A DNA stretch of 64,000 bases, from contig NW_027362767.1 in the NCBI RefSeq assembly GCF_046119375.1, forward strand, positions 127,410,001 to 127,474,000, given 5' to 3'. A program made the position numbers and the translations under genes. The notes below the pieces were generated by a model. It did not search any database, was not told where the DNA came from, and saw only the letters and a list, made by a program, of their open reading frames with translations. The DNA comes from Phyllobates terribilis. Taxonomy: Eukaryota. Of the stretch, positions 34,401-44,000 are shown piece after piece (the first letter of the stretch is position 1; each line of letters starts with the position of its first letter).

Positions 34401-37400
34401 CAGTCACATGACTGATACAACCAATCACTCGCTGTATTTGACACGACTGAGGTCACTGCTGCAGCGATCACAGGACTATAAAAACATCATTATTGGACGC
34501 CATGATACAGAAATAGGTGGAGGACCCTGAAAGTGGCGACATGAGAGCGATGGAAAATCAGCTTATTTTATACCATTGTATAGCATGGACAACCCCTTTA
34601 AAATAATTCAGTTTGAAGGGCTCTTCCACCTAATGCTGTGACTCTGCCCAATATAACGTTTTGGGTTAATGTTACGGAGAAAAAAAATCCACACAGTGCC
34701 CAACTTACTTCTTGTAATTCTCTGGTGGGGACCACTTCGATGCATTATTACTTGGTGCCTCGGCACTATGAAAAAATGTAAAACACAAAAGTTGGAGTGA
34801 GGGACATCCCAATAGCAATACTTCTTTGACTTTGTCATGAGGACCTGCGACGCTTGTAAAAGTCACTTTTCATGGAAAAGCCATGAGACGGAAAGGCAAG
34901 GCGTCCAGGGTCAAATACCAAGAGAGTTTGTCATAAACAGAGGGGCAAGACAAAGGAGTAAACAGGTCATAGTCCAAGGTCAGAATTCTGGGGAGACAGC
35001 GAATCGAAATAAAGGGGCTAGGCAAAGGGATGGCCAAAAGCCAAGGTCGGGCAGAAAAAGATTAAAATAACAGAGCACTAGAGAACAAGGCACACAACCA
35101 CCGAGCTAAAGCTAAAACTGACAATGATCTAGCCATTGTCAGCTAACTCAATAGCCAGGATGGGAAAAACCTGAATGAAACCCAACAAGCCTGACCTACA
35201 TAGGTGTCTGGGCTGTCACTCACAATCCCGACAACCCGGCACGCCCCTGCCACCGAATGGGCTGTCACTAACAATCCTGACAACCCGGCACGCCCCTGCC
35301 ACCGACTGGGCTGTCACTCACAATCCTGACAACCCGGCACGCCCCTGCCACCGACTGGGCTGTCACTAACAATCCTGACAACCCGGCACGCCCCTGCCAC
35401 CGACTGGGCTGTCACTCACAATCCTGACAACCCAGCACGCCCCTGCCACTGACTGTCACTCACAATCCTGACAACCCAGCACGCCCCTGCATTCTCTAGG
35501 ATGGCTGAACTATCCCTCACTGCGTCCCTAGGACCTCATTATTGGCAGGATCGTGACAGGACCTGGATTGGATCATCTTCATCGTCCAAATAACTGAGGG
35601 GATGGAGCTTAACATTCAGGTCTCCTAGAGCAGTGGGGAGAGGCTCCTGCTGCAGCAAAACTCCGCATACTGGGGGGATTATGGGTGAACTTAGGGAACA
35701 CACAGAAAAATGTCTCTATTTTGTGTATATTCCATGTGCAGTGTGTTGCAGCAGATCCATCAGCACAATGTGGGAGAAATAACTTTTTTACATTGGATAT
35801 TCAGTAACTATTATCTGTCTTGTCACAACACAAGAGGATTTTTAGGGTGGGAACGGACACAAAAGCAAGGAGGTCACACAATACAGTATTAGCAAACTAT
35901 CAGTTCACACAGCGCCTCTGCAGTCGGCTCAGGATAATCCCCAGCACAAGCCTGCAGCTGTTACATGCACGGTCACACTGCACACACTCACTTGCTTATA
36001 TTGTCGTGACATTTCTTGCAGACTTTCTGCTTGCTGTTACCATATGCAGGTAAGATCGCCGTGAACGGCAGGCATCCCGAACAGAACGAATGTCGGCAGG
36101 ACTTACATCCACACTTGGAAGGAAATAAAATAAAATCAATCATTACGATCACATTATTATCATCCAATAATCTTACAAGGGGAATTTATTTTATCATTAA
36201 TTAAATGCATGCATTTGGGGCTAAGAATCATTTTTGCAATCGGGTTTCATTAAAAATGTTGCACCATTTGACTTTTAAAAGATCGCATTCTACTTTGATG
36301 CGGTCTGTGGTCATAAAACAGCTGAGAAAGAGAGAGATAAAAGAGTTAGACACTCTCCATCAGACTTCATAGGGAGCTCACTGCCAGATTCTCAGTTGAC
36401 TCATTCTGCAGCTAGCAGCAAACAGCACCACAGATAAGCTATAGAAAGAAAACAGTGCAAAATGAATAATCAAACCCGATTACATGTTGATTTTGTGTTT
36501 TCACAAATAGGTTGCTAGGCTGCTTTAAATGTATGTGTTTTTACTAAAGTGCCATTGGGGGCTTCTATGAGGGCTCTGATGCCTGAGGAGTATAGCCCTG
36601 ACCCAGACTATAAGGCTAGGTGCACACAGGGTTTTTCTTTAGAAGGTTTTGTAGCAGAAACTCTCCAAATCCTCTTAAAAAATTGGGAGATTCTGCTCAG
36701 TTTCTGCTCCAAAAACTCTGCAAAAAATACAGGATTGAGACACTGGATCAGTACAGGAAAAGCGAAGCACAAAGTTTTGTGTGTTCACTCACATTATGCT
36801 ATGGGCGGACTGCAAAATTGTGGTTTAAAAATTAAAGAGGTTTTCGAGTAATTGGCAGGGGTCTGACCGCTGGTATCTGCACCGCTTGGCAGAACGGGGG
36901 GGGCACTTTCATCCTCCTTAGAAAGGAGCAGCAGTGAGCATGCTCGACCACCGCTCCATTAATTCCCTATGGGGCTGCCGATCAGTGTAGGTCCCAGCGG
37001 TGGGACCCCCAGCGATCAATACGTTATCCCTTATGCTGAGGATTTCTGGTAACGTATCTTCCCTGGACAGCCCCTTTAATGTTCCGTTCACCATTAAATA
37101 AGGTGCAAGTGCACAAAAAAAATACTAAAAACCTTACAATACGATAGTGAGATATAGAAAGTCACTGCAAGACTCGTTTTAAATCCCCATCTCCTATGGC
37201 AACAATGCTCCGGTGGTCCTGGATAGTCTTAGTTTACACCCCATAGACTTTCACATGACCGCTGCAGCCAATCACTGGCCTCAGCATGACATACATGATG
37301 TCATCTTGCAGCTCCATGACACATAGATCAATGGGGATTGTAAAGAGCAATTACAGTAGGATTTTGTTTTTGAATCCCTTTAAATATAACTAGGTTTTCT

Positions 37401-37517
37401 TAGAGGACCCCTTTAATTATCTACATATAGATTTATGCAGTCACTGATCACATTGACACTCACCTCTTTCTTAAATATGGAGAATTTGGAAGCACAAGCA
37501 AAGCACCTTCCGTCCAT
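16375..37517 (-). CDS. ZFYVE19: Zinc finger FYVE domain-containing protein 19 (abscission/NoCut checkpoint regulator ANCHR), 432 aa; complement(join(16375..16453,18048..18205,23537..23656,23968..24044,28289..28504,32045..32153,32638..32783,34005..34165,34709..34765,35992..36113,37464..37517))
   Basis: Eleven GT-AG exons sum to 1299 nt with consistent phases. N-terminal FYVE domain ([24 protein letters not shown]...KVCKKC), [12 protein letters not shown] motif, EMEDRLAAL and EIAKRLAAL helices, and C-terminal zinc finger [35 protein letters not shown]. Head-to-head with DNAJC17 as in mammals. Confidence 0.95.
16664..17395. repeat. 28-bp GC/CpG-rich minisatellite, about 26 copies
   Basis: Unit TAAGGGGGCACCCAGCGCCCGGTTGCGA. 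Confidence 0.95.
18048..18205 (-). CDS. ZFYVE19: ZFYVE19 coding exon 10 (C-terminal zinc finger)
   Basis: cctatattag|TCG...AG|gtatca; [34 protein letters not shown]. The acceptor was chosen as the phase-0 AG. Confidence 0.88.
19601..21252. repeat. Composite minisatellite (35/37-bp unit A grading into 44-bp unit B)
   Basis: A: GAGGTGCGCCGATCCGCCCCCATACACAGTGTACA; B: GAGGTGTGCTGATCAGGCTGATCTGCCTCCATACACAGTGTACA. Confidence 0.95.
21906..22576. repeat. 42-bp minisatellite, 16 copies
   Basis: Unit GCAGAGCAGGAAGTCAGTGTGGTGGAACTTCAGCCAATAGCT. Confidence 0.97.
23537..23656 (-). CDS. ZFYVE19: ZFYVE19 coding exon 9
   Basis: cctcgcag|CTC...ACT|gtaagt; [15 protein letters not shown]... Confidence 0.9.
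23968..24044 (-). CDS. ZFYVE19: ZFYVE19 coding exon 8
   Basis: tcttcag|TT...CAG|gtcaga; [26 protein letters not shown]. Confidence 0.92.
25803..26514. mobile_element. Two abutting TTAA-type MITEs (25803..26119 and 26116..26514)
   Basis: TTAA-AGGGTTATTCCCA...TGGAATACCCC-TTAA-AAGAGGATCCGTCACC...GACAGAGCCCCT-TTAA. Confidence 0.55.
27298..27784. mobile_element. Foldback (full-length palindromic) TTAA-type MITE
   Basis: CCTGTCACTTGCTCAAAAAA / TTTTTTGAGCAAGTGACAGG ends; imperfect arms meet at TAGCAGTGTC-T-GACACTGCTA. Confidence 0.6.
28289..28504 (-). CDS. ZFYVE19: ZFYVE19 coding exon 7
   Basis: cttccag|GA...G|gtgctt; SSPSINDL...[42 protein letters not shown]. Confidence 0.92.
28676..30609 (+). 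mobile_element. Tc1-like DD34E transposon, full-length but frameshifted, with an internal 71-bp tandem amplification
   Basis: TA|CACTGCTCAAAAAAAATAAAG ... TTTATTTTTTTGAGCAGTG|TA. The transposase starts at ATG 28974 (HTH, FTDESRF, QDNARPH + 34 aa + E in SPDLNPIE) and is frameshifted near 29460. Confidence 0.92.
29929..30360 (+). repeat. 71-bp tandem repeat x6 inside the Tc1 element
   Basis: Unit starts at 29929, 30000, 30071, 30142, 30213 and 30284. Confidence 0.95.
32045..32153 (-). CDS. ZFYVE19: ZFYVE19 coding exon 6
   Basis: tttgtag|CAA...G|gtac; [36 protein letters not shown]. Confidence 0.92.
32638..32783 (-). CDS. ZFYVE19: ZFYVE19 coding exon 5
   Basis: ttttatag|GA...CCG|gtagta; [17 protein letters not shown]...[15 protein letters not shown]. 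The donor could alternatively lie 3 nt further (32635). Confidence 0.88.
33181..33366. repeat. ~25-bp degenerate minisatellite, about 7 copies
   Basis: Unit GGGGTGTATTTTTTTAAGGGATGTA. Confidence 0.85.
34005..34165 (-). CDS. ZFYVE19: ZFYVE19 coding exon 4
   Basis: atttcag|G...A|gtgagt; RIAALEAKQ...[21 protein letters not shown]. Confidence 0.93.
34709..34765 (-). CDS. ZFYVE19: ZFYVE19 coding exon 3
   Basis: ttcatag|T...AA|gtaagt; [18 protein letters not shown]. Confidence 0.92.
34833..35558. mobile_element. Probable solo LTR carrying a 49-bp tandem repeat
   Basis: TGTCATG...CGTGACA termini; purine-rich body similar in character to the other solo LTRs; TSD not evident. Confidence 0.4.
35210..35490. 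repeat. 49-bp minisatellite, about 5.5 copies
   Basis: Unit GGGCTGTCACTCACAATCCTGACAACCCGGCACGCCCCTGCCACCGACT. Confidence 0.9.
35992..36113 (-). CDS. ZFYVE19: ZFYVE19 coding exon 2 (FYVE core)
   Basis: ttccaag|TGT...AA|gtgagt; [40 protein letters not shown]. Confidence 0.93.
37464..37517 (-). CDS. ZFYVE19: ZFYVE19 coding exon 1
   Basis: ATG...GAG|gtgagt; [18 protein letters not shown]. Confidence 0.92.
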
Positions 37518-37912
37518 GTCAGCTGTCAGGTACAGATACAATCATCCCTGCACATTACAGGCCACCTTCGATCTTCCCAAATCTCACAACTTTCAGGAAA
37601 TGCTCTATGTCTCCCATTACAACAGAGAATTCTGGGAAAAGTAGTCAATTTACTGTCCAACCTCTAATTACTACCCGAGTGATTCACTACATTTCCTAGA
37701 ATGCAATGCGCGACAAGCTCTTCGCGTACAGGCAAGGCTTTGCCGCGTTGCCTCTTGGGAATGATAGTTTTTTTCATTCATGTCATAAGCTCCCGCTTGT
37801 CCGGCTGGTGCCTGTAAGAACTACATATCCCAGGAGGCTTCGAAAACGGAAAGCTGAACGTAGCACGAGCTTGTGAATTTTCTGCAGAAGTAAATATTAG
37901 GAAAGTAACAGG
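37518..37912. promoter_or_regulatory. Bidirectional ZFYVE19/DNAJC17 promoter with three ZNF143/THAP11-type ACTAYRnnnCCCR motifs
   Basis: 395 bp lie between the divergent ATGs. Motifs: GACTACTTTTCCCAGAATT (37627..37646, -), ACTACATTTCCTAGAATGC (37686..37704, +), ACTACATATCCCAGGAGGC (37820..37838, +). Confidence 0.8.
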
Positions 37913-38005
37913 ATGGCGGCAGGAAAAATGTCTGCGACCAAGGAGCTGATGCAGATGGATTTGTATGGACTGCTGGGAATCGAGGCTGAGGCTTCCCAGA
38001 AAGAG
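37913..38005 (+). CDS. DNAJC17: DNAJC17 coding exon 1
   Basis: [31 protein letters not shown]|gtaaga; in-frame ATGs at 37913 and 37928. Confidence 0.9.
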
Positions 38006-41000
38006 GTAAGAATCTGCTCACTGAATCACTCCGCGCACGTCCTGCCCCCAATGTGAGGAGCCCCCAATATCTATGGGGTGCCCCCCTCCACACACGTCCT
38101 GCCCATAATATCTATGGGGTGCCCCCTCCGCACACATCCCACCCGTAATATCTATGGGGTGCCCCCTCCGCACACATCCCACCCGTAATATCTATGGGGT
38201 GCCCCCTCCACACACATCCCACCCGTAATATCTATGGGGTGCCCCCTCCACACACATCCCGCCCGTAATATCTATGGGGTGCCCCCCTCCACACACGTCC
38301 TGCCCGTAATATCTATGGGGTGCCCCCTCCGCACACATCCCACCCGTAATATCTATGGGGTGCCCCCTCCACACACATCTCGCCCGTAATATCTATGGGG
38401 TGCCCCCTCCACACACATCCCGCCCGTAATATCTATGGGGTGCCCCCTCCACACACATCCCGCCCGTAATATCTATGGGGTGCCCCCCTCCACACACGTC
38501 CTGCCCGTAATATCTATGGGGTGCCCCCTCCGCACACATCCCACCCGTAATATCTATGGGGTGCCCCCTCCACACACATCTCGCCCGTAATATCTATGGG
38601 GTGCCCCCTCCACACACATCCCGCCCGTAATATCTATGGGGTGCCCCCTCCACACACATCCCGCCCGTAATATCTATGGGGTGCCCCCCTCCACACACGT
38701 CCTGCCCGTAATATCTATGGGGTGCCCCCCTCCACACACGTCCTGCCCGTAATATCTATGGGGTGCCCCCTCCGCACACGTCCTGCCCGTAATATCTATG
38801 GGGTGCCCCCTCCGCACACGTCCTGCCCGTAATATCTATGGGGTGCCCTCTCCGCATACGTCCTGCCCGTAATATCTATGGGGTGCCCCCTCCGCACACG
38901 TCCTGCCCGTAATATCTATGGGGTGCCCCCTCCGCACACGTCCTGCCCGTAATATCTATGGGGTGCCCCCTCCGCACACGTCCTGCCCGTAATATCTATG
39001 GGGTGCCCCCTCCGCACACGTCTTGCCCGTAATATCTATGGGGTGCCCCCTCCGCATACGTCCTGCCCCCAATATCTATGGGGTGCCCCCTCTGCACACG
39101 GCTTTCCCCCAATAACTATGGGTGCCCCCTCCGCACACGTCCTGCCCCCAATATCCCTCTGCACACGGCTTTCCCCCAATAACTGTGAGGAGCCCCCTCT
39201 GCACACGTCCTGCCCCCAATAACTGTGAGGAGCCCCCTCTGCACACGTCCTGCCCCCAATAACTGTGAGGAGCCCCCTCTGCACACGTCCTGCCCCCAAT
39301 AACTGTGAGGAGCTCCCTCTGCACAAGTCCTGCCCCCAATAACTGTGAGGAGCTCCCTCTGCACAGATCCTGTCCCCAAGAACTGTGAGGAGCCCCCTCC
39401 GCACACGTCCTACCCCCAATAACTGAGGAGCCCCCTCCATACACGTCCTACCCCCAAGAACTGTGAGGCGCCCCCTCCGCACACGTCCTGCCCCCCAATA
39501 ACTGAGGCGCCCCCTCCGCACACTTCCTGCCGCCAATAACTGAGGAGCCCCCTCCGCACACATCCTGCCGCCAATAACTGAGGAGCCCCCTCCGCACACG
39601 TCCTGCCGCCAATAACTGAGGAGCCCCCTCCGCACACGTCCTGCCGCCAATAACTTTGAGGAGCCCCCTCCGCACACGTCCTGCCCCCAATAACTATGAG
39701 GAGCCCCCTCCGCACACATATTGGTCCGAGCCTTTACCTCCCCCAGTAATAACAAGTGATCACCAGGAGCTATTGCTGCATATGATGGAAATGGGGAGAT
39801 ATGGCAGTGCTCATATTGGCCACTAGCTGGCGCCACACACAAGCGACAGATCTCCACTATAAAGCCGTCACATCTGTATGTGAGCGTACACGGTATGTGA
39901 GTGTACACCGTACACGGTATGTGAGTGTACACCGTACACGGTATGTGAGTGTACACCGTACACGGTATGTGAGTGTACACCGTACACGGTATGTGAGTGT
40001 ACACCGTACATGGTATGTGAGTATACACCGTACACGGTATGTGAGTATACACCGTACACGGTATGTGAGTGTACACCGTACACGGTATGTGAGTATACAC
40101 CGTATTCCTTACTGCGTATTACAGCCACATCACAAGTTCTTCCTTTTCCAGATTAAGAAGGCCTACAGACAGAAAGCTCTGACTTGCCACCCGGACAAGA
40201 ACCCTGATAACCCTCGAGCAGGTGAGAGCGCAGGGCGTGCTGTGGAGCCCCCATGGATGAGCAGCCCTTAGGCTGAGGCCACATTTTCTTACATTATTGC
40301 ACTTGTTCAAATCAATGGAAAAAAATATATTATTGACCCTTATTAAAAAAAAAAAAAAAAGTACGAAGAAAGGGTGGATTTGGCACCAGATTTATTATTA
40401 GCGGCTAACAAATTTTTTGAGAAAAGGAAGGGTGGGTATAGGGAGCAGAGCGGCGTATAGCTGCAGGCAGATCTGTCGCACGGCCTCAGTCACTGGCCTT
40501 GATTTGCGATGGGCAGTGCGGGGTTAAATGATCTACTCCTCATTAAATCTCCTTTTCCTGCGCTTTGTTTCAGCCGAGCTCTTTCACCAGCTGTCCCAGG
40601 CCTTAGAGGTGCTGACGGATGGCGCAGCCAGGGTAAGTCCTGCGGGGACCAGGGCATGGTCCTTCTTCTACCCACTGGACACTAATGGGCATTTTATATT
40701 CCTTTATATTTTCTTCTTCTGCTTTCCTTCTTTTGCATACTCCATGTAGTTGTCTTGATGAACTAATTTCTAAATGTGCAAATTTTTTTTTTTTTTTTTA
40801 AAGCCATGACTTTTTTTATTCTTTCGTCCACCTAGCCGTATGAGGGCACAAGAGCATATAAACCGCCCCCTGACAATGTAGTGGTCATTGGGAGCGAACG
40901 CCCCGACAACCGCTTTAACATCAGAGAACTGATGTCGTTCTATTGCTTCTCTAACTTCTTCCAGGCAGCGTACGACAAACTCAGGAAAGCCAAAGAAGCC

Positions 41001-44000
41001 GCAGAGAAGAGAACTCAGAAACTGGATGCGAAAAGGAAGAAGGTGAAACTTGGTAAGAAGATCCCTGATACATGAATGTAGAGCTGGGAGACGGAAGCCG
41101 AGCCTGCAGATTAGGCTCTGTTCACACCACCGTGCGCCCGGAGTGTTCATACAGTATAATGGGCCCACATAGTGCTCCATACAGTATAATGGCCCCACAT
41201 AGTCCTCCATACAGTATAATGGGCCCACATAGTCCTCCATACAGTATAATGGGCCCCACATAGTCCTTCATACAGAATAATTGGCCCCACATAGTCCTCC
41301 ATACAGTATAATGGGCCCCACATAGTCCTCCATACAATATAATGGGCCCCACATAGTCCTCCATACAGAATAATGGCCCCACATAGTCCTCCATACAGTA
41401 TAATGGGCCTCACATAGTCCTCCATACAGTATAATGGGCCTCACATAGTCCTCCATACAGTATAATGGGCCCCACATAGTCCTCCATACAGAATAATGGC
41501 CCCGCATAGTCCTCCATACAGAATAATGGGCCCCACATAGTCCTCCATACAGTATAATGGGCCTCACATAGTCCTCCATACAGTATAATGGGCCCCACAT
41601 AGTCCTCCATACAGTATAACGGGCCCCACATAGTCCTCCATACAGTATAATGGCCCCACATAGTGCTCCATACAGTATAATGGGCCCACATAGTCCTCCA
41701 TACAGTATAATGGGCCCACATAGAGGTGGTGGTTCTGGGGTCGCGGGCCAGAGTTTGACATGTATGCTGTACAGGATGTGATACATCATTGTTTCTATTG
41801 AACTACAATCACCTCTTATCACCAGCTCCACCCAGAAGGTGTAATTTTTACTTAATTTTTGTTCCTTTTTTCCCCTTTATTTCCTTTAGTTTCCTTTGTG
41901 CATTAGCGCATAGGTTGACATTATTGTGGGTGCCGTCCAGTCCATTGCTCACAAAACCTGAAAACAAGCTGGCCTGACCCTCGCCTTCGGCTATACGTCC
42001 ACGTTTACATTAGCAGCAGAGTTTTGAGTGTTGGCAAGAAAAACACTGCGTCAAATCTGCACCTTTTTAATTGTTTTTTTAATTATTTTTTTCCTCCATT
42101 AATTTGAATGGGTGGAAAACGCTGCAAGAATTGACGCGCTGCAGATCTGAACCAACGCTTTAATGGATCAAATCTGCAAGGAAAAAATCAGCATCGTGTG
42201 CCGGAGATTTCACCGCTCTCATTCACTTTGCTGGGACTGTAAAACACTGCACTTTTTTTCCTGCTACAAAACACAGTGTGTGAACAAGCGCTTAGGCTAA
42301 TTTTTAAACAACACGTAAAATGAGCTCAGGAGCTGGAAGATGATGGAAATGGGCAGAATTTTGCCTCGAATCCTTTGCAGATTCTGTTAGTCCTATTCAC
42401 TGTCACTGTAGGATATTGTGGAATTTTAGTGCCCAAGACTGTGTGATCTGTGACATTTCTAACCCAAAGTTGTTTGGCCTCAGATGCCTCCAGTATCCTC
42501 TACGTGCAATGCAACCTTGCATATAATGATTGCAAAAAATCTCACCCTATTGGATTTTTGAGCAGTAGAAAAAGTCCCTCCCCAGCTCTGCTGAGTCCTT
42601 AACGTCGCTGTTTCTTCTATTCATTTCCTAGGGTGCTCAGCATTAATATCGCAGATCAGCAATTGAAAAAATATAGTAAACTTGCAACCCTCGTCCAAAA
42701 ATTCAGTGTGATTTATTCCATAACTGCAGGTAGGTGGGGTAAGCAGCGCTCCCTCAGGCCTACGCCGTTTCGCCTAAACACACGCTTCCTCAAGGCCTTC
42801 ATTGTGGAATAAAGCTCATTGGATTGATGGATGAATGCTCCATGTTATTCATACTATTTTTTTTCCCCTATTGGCATTTTGGTTGTAAGTTTTGCATAGA
42901 TTCTGACCAGTGGCCGTCTCCCCCATGATGGCTAATGGCTCGTCACTGCTGCAGGTGATGCCCACCAGTCTATCGGGCTTACTAGGATGTATCACGTAGT
43001 ATGCCGCCTTGGCTTCAGCCACCTTATATGTGAATGTTCCTATCTATATATGATGGAATCTTTCAGTTGTGTTAATTTTGCAAAACTGAACATTTTGCTC
43101 TTTTTTTTGTCTATTGAAGATCTTGAGGCCCGGGAGAAAGAAGCACAATCCCGCGAAACAGAGGAGGAAGAGGCGTTTGTTGCTCGGACATTGGAACGAG
43201 AGGTAAAAGTTCCCCAACTGCAATCATGGGTTCATTACACTTGTGCAAAAAGAATGGTGCTGCCCTGGTCCTCCATGGCATCCGAACCAAGGCAGACGTC
43301 ACATCCTAGTAAACGCCAGAGGCGCCAGGACCCTGGTCGGCTGCCACAGAGGACCGGACTGGACGCCGGCCACGGAAGTGCATTGTTTTTTCTGGTCATC
43401 TCTAGGATCAATCCTTTACAGTCTTTTCTACAAAGATGCACACTGGTAATTGGGAATAGAATAAGTCAACTTTTTGAAGAACCGATGGGCTGTAATATTT
43501 GCAACTTGTTCCTCCGTAGGTCCCCATATAAACATTCATGGATGTTCTTGATGAATGCTGTCCTTACTCTAGTATCTGCCCTCCGGGAACTAACTATTAC
43601 ATGTCCGACATTCATCAGAGGACGGACCAGTGTCCGTAACAGCCAAGGGTCTCCTGCCCAGATCTCAGCAGGCATAAGTGGTGTTAAAAAGTGTTTGCCC
43701 CCATCCTGATTTCTTATTCTTTTGCATGTTTGTCACTTAAATGTTTCAGATCACAAATCAATTTTAAATATTAGACAAAGATAACACAAGTAATCACAAA
43801 ACGCAGTTTTTAAATGAAGGTCTTTATTATTAAAGGAAAAAGAAATCCAAACCTACAGGGCCCTCTGTGAAAAAGTAATTGCCTCCTAAACCTAATAACT
43901 GGTTGGGCCCTTATCAGCAACAACTGCAATCAAGTGTTTGCGATAGTTGGCAATGAGTCTTTTACAACGCTCTGGAGGAATTTTGGCCACTCATCTTTGC

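Noticed and set aside
39036-40271. 354-aa (-) and 156-aa (+) ORFs
   Set aside because: Repeat translations; only 40152..40221 is a genuine exon.
42987-43709. 240-aa ORF
   Set aside because: DNAJC17 exon 5 plus chance intronic read-through.
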